Assembly: GCA_013239625.1 (NCBI GenBank)
Contig: MU054187.1
Span: 10,313,231-10,377,230, forward strand
Length of the DNA stretch: 64,000 nt
Origin: Lama guanicoe
Lineage: Eukaryota
Direction: 5' to 3'
Positions 11,721-24,095 of this stretch are shown in pieces. A program made the translations under genes and the position numbers. The notes beneath the pieces are model-generated. The model was given only the letters and a program-made list of their open reading frames with translations, did no database searches and was not told where the DNA came from. The first letter of the stretch is position 1. The number at the start of each line of letters is the position of its first letter.

Positions 11721-13589
11721 TAAATAAATAGAGGTCCCAGTATGATATTGTTGGCTGACTTAATGGAACTCTGAGATTATCCTCATCCTCATTTTCAAAC
11801 CTCCGGGACTGAATATTGTGAGCTCTCAGTCTATATATTTCTAAGTCATTTACATGTAATGTTGACTGTACCATGACCTATATTATAAAACATGCAAAAA
11901 TAAAAATTATAATAAGGATGAGATCAAATAAATGTTAGGCAAATAATTTTTTTTGGCACCCTGCTTTGGAGACCTGTTTTTCTGGATGACAGTTGAGTCA
12001 CCCACAGTTAAAATGCAATCAAAGTTAGCTGCAAATTTATTTGCAATATGCTTTAACCCAAAGCCTCTGTTTTAAGACAAAATGCTTTTTAATCAAAATT
12101 CTAGAATGCTTGAGTGAGAGGAAGACAAAGACAAATGATTTGCAAGTGATTGAAATATGGTGTTTCTTTAAACGTTCTTTTTTTTTTTTTTAACAGATTC
12201 TAGGTTGGGGTTACTGGTTAGGGAGAGAAATCAAGCATCCATAGGTCATAAGTAAGGTACACCCCAAAAGTGAGAAGTTCGAAGTACTAAAAAGTCAGAT
12301 AAAAATTAAGGATGAGGATTTTTACCAGGCAGTAGAGCAGTAGTAGAAAGTTTATGCAGATAAACGTTCAATCCATGCCCCAGAGAGGCAAGATGAAATA
12401 GCCCTTAATCTTTTTTGGCAAGTCAGAAGACATTCAACTTGGACTAGGTTCTGATTAGCACTACCATGGCAGCTTTATGGTGTGGGAAACTGCGAGCAAA
12501 TACTTTTCCTGAATTTCTTCTCAAAGTATAATGGGCTAGCTCAGGCTGGAAAAAATCTGTCATGGGGGGATATATGTAAAAGCATAATGGATTCTCCCTC
12601 CAGTCACTTCAAATGCTTTTTCCTGACCCATTGTATTAACTTTTAAATAAAAATCTAAATACAGATTTCAACAGACTGTGGAATGGAGACCACGGTAGGA
12701 TTTCTATTCGAAAATCCATCTACTTAAATGCACACATCAGCACGGCGCTGGCTGTTCCTGGTATTATTCTAAACTGAAAAGCCTTGAGCTCTGCTCCTCG
12801 TTTCGCAATCTCCCCAGCATCTTGCTGACACACAGCAAGGCAGCCGCTTTCGCCACTTAATGCCTCGCTGGAATACCCCCACGATCGCATTTTTGTTCAG
12901 AAATAGAAAATGAACATGCTTGTTTTACTTCTCAGTCACTAGTTTGGCACTGAGTATTTATTATTAAATTCACTGATTTCTGACTCTTTGCAATGCTGTG
13001 AGAACACTTTTGGCATAAGACATCACAGAAGCTAAAATCCTTGCTATGGGTGTTTTGTGCATGTGGGAGGGGTGGGAGGGGAATATATACATGTTTAAAA
13101 TTACATTTTCTCTGAATATAGAAGTCATTCATGCTTTATGTAAAACTAGTAAGTAGAGAAAAAGGTGTAGAGAGGAAAAAATTCATTTGAAATGCTGTCA
13201 CTTAGTCATAATAATCACTTAGTGTTTTGAAGCATTTCCCCCAGACATAGTTAACTATATTGTACGTAAGAAATCATCATTAAATTGAGCTGTTGATGAA
13301 GCTCCGTATCTTGTTTTCTCCCCATTTCTTATTGTATCTCAAGCATTAAAAATTATTTATAGATGTTTACAAGGGGTGCAAAAGATTCCATAATATGCAC
13401 TATAACACATCTTTCTCTCACTGCTGAACATATGGGTAGCTTCTCAGAATTTGACAGAATAAATAAATTGGTGATAAACATCTTTTCATACACTCTAAAT
13501 CTTTGCCCATATTCCCTTAAGAAATCTTCTTCAAAATGAAACCACAGAGAACATCAATGCTACAAATAGTGTAAAAGAATTGAGTTTAC

Positions 13590-13780
13590 GTGCGTTAGGC
13601 TCTATTGTAAGCACTTACATAGATAAACTAATTCCACATTAGTTCAGTTTTACAGATGAGGAAACTGAGGCACACAAAGATTAAGTAACTCCCTCCAAGG
13701 TCACTTAGCTAGAAAGTGGAGACGCTGGGACGAACCGGGCAGTCTGAGGATGGGGCTGGTGCTCCTCGCCTCTGTGCTGC
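13590..13780 (-). mobile_element. MIR SINE
   Basis: MIR core ttttacagatgaggaaactgaggcaca...aaggtcacttagctag. Confidence 0.85.
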
Positions 13781-14166
13781 AGGAACGCTCCAGGCACGCA
13801 TGTAAACATGACCCTGGCAGGTCATAAACACTTGTCTTGGAAGGAGTTGACCCCCTAAATGAACCCCCAGACATTACAGAAAGCAAAGCCCAGAAAGAGT
13901 AAGTCACTGATTAAAGTCACCCTGATAGCTTGCAGCAGATCTAGAACTTCCATCTCCTGCTATGGAAGAAAACAATTATTTCCTTCTATTAGTGGCAAGA
14001 GAGATGGGCTGGCAATTTGCGAAATCACGAAGAGGGTATCGCCATAAATTGTCAGATCCCGATAGAACAAACGGGTAAAGAATATAAGGAATTTTACAGA
14101 GTGCTTTGTTTTTGGAAATGTGAATTACTGTTTGAACTGTGAAAGCAAGGTGACTGTGTTGTTCTT

Positions 14167-14369
14167 TTTTTTTTTCTTTTTTGTTGTGTCAAATTCCAGT
14201 GTTCAGTACAATTTTTCAGTCATACATGGACATATACACACTCATTGTCACATTTTTTTCTCTGTGAGTTATCATAACATTTTGTGTATATTTCCCTGTG
14301 CTATACAGTGTAATCTTGTTTATCTGTTCTACAATTTTGAAATCCCAGTCTATCCCTTCCCACCCTCTA
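14167..14369 (-). mobile_element. Truncated young L1 3'UTR insertion with perfect TSD
   Basis: Flanked by an identical 14-bp actgtgttgttctt at 14153-14166 and 14370-14383. It has a TT/AAGA endonuclease-type site and a poly-T tail. Confidence 0.88.
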
Positions 14370-15548
14370 ACTGTGTTGTTCTTAATGACGGCAGCAGGTA
14401 AAGAAAGTTGGGGGTTTTACCAGGTAGTGTGTGCTGTTAACATGGGCACCAATTTGGCCATTTCTATTTTTTTTTTGAAGCTAATGGATATTTTTAGCTA
14501 GATGAAATGAAGTGGCTTCTCACTGTACTGTGAAATAAACAGAAGAATCTTCGGCGTAATTAATAAAGATACAATATGCTTACCAGAAGTTGTGCCTAGC
14601 TTCTAAATAAACTGTACAGTATGTATCAGAATACAAAACTTTTGTTAAATATTTATCACAAAAATTTTCCATTCTCAATAAATCATTCCTTGAAGTATTT
14701 GCAATTGGCTGTTACAGAAATGAGACTGGGCCGTCCTGTTGATTTTGCATGTTTCCACTGGTTGGTTTAGAAGGCTTAATTTGGGGCGAACTGACTGAGC
14801 ACTGGCAGTAATTCCACTTCACCAGTTCCTCTCACTTTCTCACTAAGATTGCTTTCCCAGAAAGAACTCACCTACCAAGAGCTGGGCCCATGGTGAACCA
14901 TTCCACCTGTAGTTAGATTCTCTCTCTATAAATTACATTAAAGGAAGAATAAATGTCTTTTCGCCCACAAAAAGGAGGCTGAGATGGTGGTGAGTCCTCC
15001 AGCGTCTCGTGTCCTATGTTTTCTTGAGAAGCTATGGACTGGTTTCACAACTAGAGAGTAATTCTCCGACCTCGGGACACTCCTCCTCCTATTGGCCAGC
15101 TGGTCCTTTTTCTTCAAAACTCCTGACCTCAAGGTTTTCTAAGAGGTTAAGCCTTTCTCACAGGGACCAACTGATGTCACACAATTTCTGTCTGGATATT
15201 TACAGATTTTACTAAACTTGACTGCTGCCGTGGGAAGTGTGCTGAGCTCCAAGCAGGAAATGCTGTGAGTCTGAGGACACTTTGAACCATATAGCACTGT
15301 ATTTGACCCATTCGACCTATTCAAATTTTCATTGCTAATCTTATTTCAAAGGAAGCCTGCCTCTGCTCTCCGGGGCCATTTTGTTTCTGCGGCACCTGGA
15401 ATTTACATGGCAATCTGAATAGGGGAACTGAGTATAGGAACTGCATGCAAACTTACATTCTTATTGCATCAAGACACCTGAAGAGTTAGAAAAAGATAAG
15501 CTAAAAGGAGGAATATGTACAATAAAGCTCTGAGAGGTAAAGTGGAAG

Positions 15549-16215
15549 TGTAAGCAGATAGGGTAGGGGGTCCTCAGAGAAAGAGAACCAGCCATGGCTT
15601 TCTTGACATAAGGGAAGCCATTTTTGGCCCAAGTCATTTTGTGATCTAAACTTGGCCACAGTGATTGTCCTTGAACAGGTCTCAATAATTAATGATCTTA
15701 AGGGAACAAAATAATGCCGGAACAAACTGACTTACCCTGCAAGAGAAGTAACAATAGCAAAGGTAATAAATCAGTTGTAAAGACTCCCAGTTCCATTTCA
15801 ACTGTGAAGATAAGCCAGAAGCATGTTCTCGAGCTGTTTTGCAGAATTCAGACCCCACTTGACCACTGAACCAGCAGAACAAATGGAACATAAGGAATGA
15901 TGATGTTGACCTTTTCTGACCCTTGTGAATTCAGTCGACTAAAGCTGGACTCTGGCAACCCTTGCCTTAATTCAGTGCTGAATTCTCCTCTGCTCACGCC
16001 CCTTGATGAATATGTATACTCTGCCCAAACCCTTTCATGAATATGCATGTACCCTAAGCTTAATTTTGCCCTGCAAGGAAGACACTGCTTTGGGAAAGAT
16101 GCCCCATGTTCTCGTTACTTGCTGCAAGTGATGTTCTTCCTTCCCCTAATCTTTGGTTTGGTTGTGTCCTTTGGCTCAACACCCACCAAGAGGCAAACCC
16201 AGTTTTCGGGTCACA
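15549..16215 (+). mobile_element. ERV1-class solo LTR (667 bp)
   Basis: Starts TGTAAG and ends TCACA, flanked by a 4-bp TSD GAAG (15545-15548 and 16216-16219). Composition is LTR-like and no internal retroviral sequence is adjacent. Confidence 0.85.
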
Positions 16216-16779
16216 GAAGTCCTTGGGTTAGTAAAAATTATTCAGAGACTAGAGAAGATGTTAAATTGATGATTAAGGAACAATCTATAATCTCAAATGC
16301 ATTCATATGTATTCTGTAGAGGATAAAACCACAAAGGCAAAAAGGCAAGGATCACTTCTCTAAAGTTGGTAAAAGGCAGGGGCTAATGAACATGTTGACC
16401 AGCTGGTGCCCATCGTGACACTTGCAGAAAACAGCAGTTTCATCTCACATCTCCTCCCCAAAGTCAGAATGCCGTTCAAAGCATTTTAGGAGCCTGTAAA
16501 ACACCTGAGACCGAATTTGGGTCATCGTGCTGGTGATACCGGGAACACAGTGAGCGGGGAGAAGATGACATGAGGCTGGAAATACCGCACTTAGGCACCT
16601 ACAGGTGGCCCCAGGGATCCCCACCTTCCTCCTGCAGCCACAGGGGGCAAACGGTTTCTATTTTTCACTGCTAGTCATTGATGGACTCTAGTCTGGCAAA
16701 ACCGGTGGCAGAGGTCAGCAGTCTGATTCCTTGTTTGTTAGTTTCCTTCCTTGCCAACCTCTTCTCCCTCCTTTCCAGC

Positions 16780-17200
16780 CATCTAAACTTTTACTGAATA
16801 TGCTAAAGACCATCTGGGGACCATGAGAATATGGGTAAGAGTAAGACACAGCACCTTCCTCTCAACCTGCTTATAACTGAAAAGGGAAGACAGGACACCC
16901 ACAAACAAGTGTGACACCCAGCAGTGGGTGGTGACTGCTGTACAGGACAGAGGGTGCTGTGTGACCTCAGAGGAGGGAGCTGCTGCAGCTGACCGATCAC
17001 TGACTGGGACTCTTGCTGCAGGAGTCCTGGGTGAACTCGCTCTGGGAAGGTGGCAGGCGTGGAGGAAGGAGGGCTTCCTAGACACAGGCCCAGAGGAAGA
17101 GAGGTGGCAGTGACTTTGACACATTTCACAGTGTTAAGAGGAACTAGAGGGCTACCTACAGGGGAGCAGCAGGAATGAATGGCGAGCAACTGTTCCCTGA
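16780..17200 (-). mobile_element. L2 fragment
   Basis: tttactgaatatgct...ctggggaccatgagaat...aggagggcttcctaga. Confidence 0.5.
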
Positions 17201-17242
17201 AAGGCTCAGTTCCAGCCCTGTCACCTGGGTGCTGGCTCTCTC

Positions 17243-17382
17243 CAGTGGTTCCCCAACGTCAGCTCGCAACACCTGGAGGGCTCCACCCCCAGGGTCCCCG
17301 GTGGGGGGAGGGTGTGGCCTGCACATTGACATGTCTAACTTGTCCCCAGGCGACGCTGATGCTCCTGGTCTGAGAAGCACTG
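17243..17382. mobile_element. MER5A DNA transposon
   Basis: Termini cagtggttcccca...tgagaagcactg, with internal cacctggagggct and ccccaggcgacgctgatgct. Confidence 0.75.
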
Positions 17383-19469
17383 CCTCTGTCCAGGGACAAA
17401 GTCAAAAGCCTCCCACCCCACGTTGCTGTCTCCCACTGTGAAATTTCCATCCTCAGATAGTCCCTTGGCTCCTGGTCTCACTTTCTTCTTCTCATAACAC
17501 TCCTTGTCCCCTTTCTGTGTCATCTCTGTACACTTTTCAGGACTTAAAACGATGGGATCTGAATGTCATCCCACTAGGATGTAAATCCCATGAGAGACTG
17601 TTTCATTCACGAGCTCCTAAAGCAGTGCTGTATTCTGAGCACCCGCACTCCTGTCCTCCTAGGACCTAAAACAGTGTCAGGCATACAGTAGACACTCAAT
17701 AGTGCTGACTGGACGAATGAGATGCTGTCTTAGGAGGACGAGAGCCAGGGTAAGGGGCCTGGTGTAATCTGAGGGAGCAGCAGTGGAGGCCAGGATAACT
17801 CGGATGCCACATCGCCTTCATCTTGGGAGTAAAGGAAAAGGTCCATTTCTTTGCTCTTAGTAGAAAAGGTCTGGGGTTGGGGGTGGGAAGAAGGGAGGGT
17901 TACGTAGCCTGGGGCTTGAAGTAACTGGAGAGTTTCTAGAGCAGTGGTTGTGAAGAGTGGAGCAGCTCAGCAAGCTAGGCTCCTCGGGGAAGAAGAGAAA
18001 GAAGAAATCCTCGCGTGAGACAGAAACAGCAGGCCAGCTGCATCTCTCTCTGGAACACTGTGTGGTGTTTCCTGTCAGGTATTGTATTAAGGTGATTTTC
18101 TGCTTGAGACTTGCAGCCTGTTCCGTTGCTTCCACACCGAGGTCTGAGAGCTCAGGGAGACTTAGCCTCTCCCGTGTGTCTTCCTCTTAGGCCCTATAAG
18201 TAAAGGGCTTAGAATATTTTTTTTCAGCAGAAAATTTCTAACTACTCTAAACATTTTGCTACATAGGCTCATCTCAGATGTTTCTAACCTTCCATATGTT
18301 CAGTAATTTTGATACCAAATATATGGCTATCATATCATTGCATATCATACACACATTACATACATTCCCCGGAAATGTGATTGACAGGCTATAAATAGGA
18401 CCCCAACCATTTTATTACAAGTCTTGGGTCCTCATTACATTCACCAAAAAACAAAGAAAATCACAAAAAGGAACTTAGTAAACACTGAAGTGGCTCACAA
18501 ATTAGTTTGATAAGAGGACAGTCTGAAAGGTGGACGGGGAGACAGAAGTATGGCAAATGAGGTCACATGTGCAATGGCTACAGATGCTGTAAGCGCAATA
18601 GACCGATTCTCATCTGCTGGTAAAATGTGTGCGCCTGTAGAAGTTTCACCTGTCAGCAGCTGGTAATCTCAGACTGAGATGCTATAAAAATACATAATGT
18701 GTGTGTGTGTTAAGAAAACAGAGGTCGAGAAAGAGCAGGAAGAGGGTGTGTTGACATGATATATTTGCATTTTCATTTGTTTTTTCCAATTTAGGTCATT
18801 GGATAAGCCTTTAGGATGCAGAGATGTGACTGCTCTCTCCTCTGAAGATTCCTAGCCTTACTTGGGCACAAGGGAGGGGGGTCAGTGAGTCATCATTTGT
18901 ACTCTAGGTACTTGATCAGTAAGTGTTGTGAAGTGAGGGAGGATTGGAGGACTGGAAAGACAGAAGAGACAGTACCTCCAGTTCTAACTGACAGGAGGAG
19001 GCAGAGGAAGGCCCCTTTATTTGCCTAAGAGGATCCATTTTCATGGATTTTTACTTAATTCCCCAGAAGGATAGAAGGTAATGGAAAGGTAATCAATTTT
19101 GTAACAGGATGTGTTTGCACGAGCGCCTTTTCAACTAATATTAGACATGATCATTACCTAATATAGTACTTTATAATACATTCCGATTTACAAAGCACTT
19201 AATCATTTCATTCAGTGCTAGAGAAACGCAACTTAATGGCTGCCTTTCCTTACCCCCTCTTCCATTGCTGTATCCTTTCTGCCTTCTTTTCATTTTATTT
19301 TGAGCTCCAGAAGTTGCTCTAACACAAATATTCAGAGTTAAAGGTGTATTCTCTCTGCTTTGAATTCCAGCTTGGTTTCTCTTTCAGTCAGGGTCCCAGA
19401 AAAAACAGAATTCTGCTTAATTAACTGAAGAGACATTCATAAAGGAACTATAAAGGCACCTCAAATCAT

Positions 19470-20360
19470 ACATATCCAAAAAAGTAGTAACTTTTTCTGC
19501 AAGGAGCTCAGTCCTATTAACCAGTCCTGAGAATCACTTTACACTATTTCCTCTTTCTTCTCCCCTTTGGTTACACGCATGTGAAAATTCTCCCTCCTCA
19601 ATATTTCTTTAATTGGTTCCCTCCTTTCCCTTCAACTGTCACTACCATAAGCCAGGCTGTACTGTGTATTACTGTGGCCACCATGATATTCCAAGTCTTC
19701 TTGCCTCCAAATCTTCAGCCAAAGTCTCCCCTTCTCAATGATGGCAGAGGGAACTTAGGGAAATTTTATCATCTATATTCCCCGCCGAAAATTCCTCATC
19801 AGCACCCAGTCGCCTTTGGGCATAAGGTGATTCATAACCTTGAAGCCTTCCCTCATCTCTCCTTATTGCCACCAAGAGAATGCCCTTTATTGTAGCCATA
19901 ATTAATTGCTCTGATTTTTCAGACTTGACAAGCTCTCTTACCTGTAGTTCTTTGCACAGGCAGCATATTCTCTGTGTCTGAAAAACTTTAACGTGATTTC
20001 TACTTGTTCTTTATGACTGATGTCAGGGTCACATCCTTTGAGTACCAAACTTTAAAAAGAAAAATGTAAAATATCTTGCATATTTAACAATCCACTCAAC
20101 TTCCTGTTTGTCTTCTAAGCTTCATTTCACAACCAAGATGCCTTCTCCAACCTCTTTGCACCTTCAGTCTGGGTTAAGTGATCCTCTCCTGCACTCACCC
20201 AGCTCCAAGAGTTTTCTCTGAGGGCACAGTGATCCCAGAGTTGGAACTGTTTGTTTACTTGCCCGAATACTCATTGCGCTGTTCACATGTCCTGTCCTTT
20301 TATCTCTGAGTCCCAGACTAGCAGAGGGCCAGATACCTTACAAATATTTATAGAAATGAA
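19470..20360 (+). mobile_element. L2 fragments
   Basis: ggcacctcaaatcatacatatccaaaa; later 3' tail ccttacaaatatttatagaaatgaaatgaa. Confidence 0.5.
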
Positions 20361-20844
20361 ATGAAATCCTCCCTCATTAAACACTTCTCAGCTTTGCCAG
20401 CTCACTTTGCTTCATCCCCAACGACTCTAGGGAATAGGAGAGAGTAAGTAGTTTTCTGGATTCACTAAAGACAGTGCTGTCAACTGTGAAAAATGCTGCG
20501 AACTTGGCTGACCTGGCTTTTAGTCCCAACTCCACCACCAGCTCTGCAAATCCCTTTACCTTTCTGGAGTTCTGCTTCCTTGTGTATTAAATGAAAAGGA
20601 TTGGGCTCGCTCTGATTTTTTTTTTCCTCCTTCAGTTCTGACATTCTGCCTTTAAAAAGACCATATACAGAATAAAAATGCATGCTCTCAAATCAGCCTG
20701 AAGTACAAAAGTCTGAAAGCCCATTTGGACAGATATTTTTCTTCAGGAGAACCAGGAGAGAATGGGCTGGTATTCATTAAATATTGGAGTGACCACCGAG
20801 AGAGAGACTGCTAGTTACTTCACAGTATGTTCTCCTGGATCTGG

Positions 20845-21075
20845 CCATTATTTCATAGCCTCCCTTGCAGCTAAGGCCATCTAACTGATTGTGGCCCCTA
20901 GGAAGTGATGTTTGAACTTCTGGACTGTGCTCTTAAAGGAAAAGAGAGTGACAATCCCTTTGCGCTTTCCTGCCAGCCTTGTTCTCTGGCACTGTCAACT
21001 ATACAGGCTCCAGAGTTTTACATGAGAGAGAAATAAATTTCTCATTTAAGCCATTGAATTTTGAGGTCTTTGTTC
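20845..21075 (+). mobile_element. LTR16-like ERVL LTR remnant
   Basis: atttcatagcctcccttgcagctaag...gagagagaaataaatttctcatttaagccattg. Confidence 0.65.
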
Positions 21076-22860
21076 TGGGGAAAAAGAGAAAGAATAACAA
21101 AACAATAGCATCCTTAATAACAGATTCTAAAGAAAATGTTTTACTATGTTCAAAGTACACTGAGAAAAAGAATAAGGATGACAGTTTTGTTGACGAAAAC
21201 CACTTAGAGAAGTTTGCTTCAACCTTTAATAAGATAATTAATTGTTTAGGAACTTTACTATACTATCCAGAACAAGGTCCTAAAGCTTCATATTCTGCAT
21301 TCTGCTTTGTCATAAAGAAGCTACTGCCCAGAGGCGGACTGAGAAGGCATTTATTTGGCAAAGCAAATTCTAATCCTATTGACCAGTTATCTTCCAATTG
21401 ATCATAATGAAGACTCAAAAATAAGTCATCAAGAGTTTTTATTTTCTGTTCAGTAATTCCAAAAGACAGAAAAGCTTTTGTAGCTTGCACAATCTAGGCT
21501 GTGAAGTTATGAAACGTTAACATCCTTCACTGCTTTTCATGGGGTGGAAGTGATTATGCTTAATGGTATTACCCAGAAAGTACCCTGGCGCCGTAAAATA
21601 AAGGCTCCATTCTCAGACTGGGCTCCACGGAGAAGGTGGCCTAAAGCATATGAAACACTCCTCCTTCCACTCGCTTAGTGGCAGAAGGAATGCTGGCGCC
21701 GCGGAGTACCATCTGCTGGTGAGTTCAGGTCAGGAGCAGGGAGCTGCAGCATTGCACGTCTTTAACAAGCAAAGCCGGAGGCCCCAACACACAGAACACA
21801 TTGCAGGGAAGAAAGATTTTGGTCTAGTCAGTGATATACAATCAGCACTGAGGGGTTGCACTTTTTGAGCTAGTGCATAAGGAAAACCAAAAAAGGTCCC
21901 CCATTAATAAGAGCCAAATTCTAAAAGGATCCTGCAGAAACACTGGAGGACTATTCCATTAACCGCAAACCAACTCGTGGGGGCAAAGGTTCAAAAGCAA
22001 CCTTAGAGCCCACCATACACCCTTCACAACTCCTAACACCCTAAATCTGTGTCTATCTCACACATTTTAATCCATCATTCATGATCTGAGATTGTTCCTT
22101 CTCGCTTTTGGCTCTTGTTATGAGAGGGGCTGCCTGCTTAGCTTGTTAAAGGTGAATGATGCTGAAGTTCTCTGTTTCTCTGCCCTGACTAGAGGAGGCA
22201 GGAGAACCAGAGTCTGATCACAGAGGCCTTGAGAGCCAGGCAGAGGATTATGGATTTGATGGCAATAGGGAGCCAAAGTGGCTCTTTGAGCAAGAGAGAA
22301 TACAACAGAGTCCTATTTTAGTAAGATCATCAGTTTGAGAAAGGTAGACCAGTTAGGAGAAAATTACCTTAATGGAAGCCGAGATAAGGAGTCCTGCCCG
22401 GGGCTGGTGGCTATTACAAGAGAGAGGAGAGGACCAGTAGGACACTTTTTATAGGAATGGAAGGACCTGGAGATAACACGACTCTCAGATTTCATGTGAC
22501 CACGGGATCTCTTGCACTCCAGCCTTAGGTTTCCAAAAGATCAGAGCATTACAAGGAAGCCAGCATCAGAGGGTAAAAGAATTAAAAGCTGCTGTTGGGA
22601 GACAGAGGGGACCAGCCAGAGAGGTAGGAGGGAAACAAGTACGACGTCCCTGAAGTCAAGTCTGTTCCCCGAGTCTCCGTTTCTCAGGCATCTTCTCTCC
22701 AATATGACCCATTCCAACCTGGGGCCTCTTTGCTTACAGGATTTTGAGGACTAAACTGCCTTGAAATATTTTAATTTCCTTTAAGTCTAAATTCTTGAAT
22801 CTCCTTATCTGGCTCCCATGGATGACTAGTGGCCTTGACGAATAACCGGGGGGGAGGATA

Positions 22861-23360
22861 CCACACCAACACTGACTAATCAGAACGCACCAGCCGGCTG
22901 GCGGGCTGTGGCCCGCCCTGCACACACTATGGTCGTGGGGAAAGGCCGAGTCCCTGAGCTTCTCCCCTGGAAAAAAGAGAGGAGGAGGAACTGCGCTGAG
23001 ACATGAAAGGGGTCTTCAGTAAATGCGGGGCTGGTGAGGAAGGAGGGGTCCGGGAGGCCCCACACCAGGCGGCTCAGGCCCACGGAGCAGCTCTGGTGGC
23101 GGCAGGTCCGTTCTCTCTCCTCGCCCCGCCGAGGTACCGGAGGGCTGGGTGAGCAGAGTCGGGGAGGCCCGGCAAGGGGTCCGCGCGCAGAGCCCCCATC
23201 CAGCACTCGGACGCTGTGCGGACTCAGGTTAACGTGTGGGGCTGCTTTTCGTACTAAACTGTAAGCTGCCAGAGGGCATCGCTGTGGGGATCAGCGCTCT
23301 CGGCACAAGCAGGCATTGGAATAACACTCGTTGCGCAACGAGGCGCACAGCCACGGCCAC
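22861..23360. promoter_or_regulatory. Intronic CpG-island-like segment
   Basis: About 35 CpGs in about 500 bp by manual count, against a CpG-poor background. Confidence 0.6.
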
Positions 23361-23629
23361 CTTCTCTGCTGCTTTACTTCAGTGACAATCTGAAGTTCCT
23401 TCATCTTCCGTTTTTCTACGCCATACAGCCCGCCTGCTTTTCTAACAACTATTTGCCATCAATGACTTATCGGTACCCTAGAGAAGGCGACCGGGGTTAA
23501 ATCTCCAATTTTACCCAGTTATCCACTTTCCTTTCTCATCCTTAAACTATCAGTTCCCCAAATAAGGTTTAATCTTCAGTTTTTCTGAAAACCCATTCTT
23601 TCCCACGCCTAAACAGGTGGCAGAGGGAG

Positions 23630-24095
23630 AGGAGTTGGTGGAGGTGGAGTCAGGTGGAGCTGGGGGAGGATTCCAGCTGTGCCCGCCCAGTCACCGTGGG
23701 TTAGTGAGCTGTGAACTTGGGTTACCCTGTCTGTCCCTCATTTAGCTTCTTTGTAAAATGAGGGTACCAAAAACTGCATAATGCTATTGAGAAATTAATA
23801 TTTTTTAATAAACGTTTGTAGTAAGTATTGGTAAGTATTAGTAAGTACTTGACATGATGGTAAAAAGCTAAGTTGCTAAGAACCTTGCAATATCCATGCT
23901 ATTGCATTTAACCCTCATGACAATTCGGTGGGGAAGGCTCTGATATTGTTTCTAGGTCCCAGATAAAGAAACGGAGACTCAGAGAGGTTAAGGAACGTAT
24001 CCAAGGTAACAGAGCTACCAGGTGTGGGAAAGCAGAAACTGAAGCCCAGGCAGCTGAACTTCAGGACTTACTTACAAACATTATGCTCCATTGAC
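23630..24095. mobile_element. Two adjacent MIR SINEs (plus, then minus)
   Basis: ctttgtaaaatgagggta on the plus strand; cagataaagaaacggagactcagagaggttaagg...ccaaggtaacagagcta on the minus strand. Confidence 0.75.
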
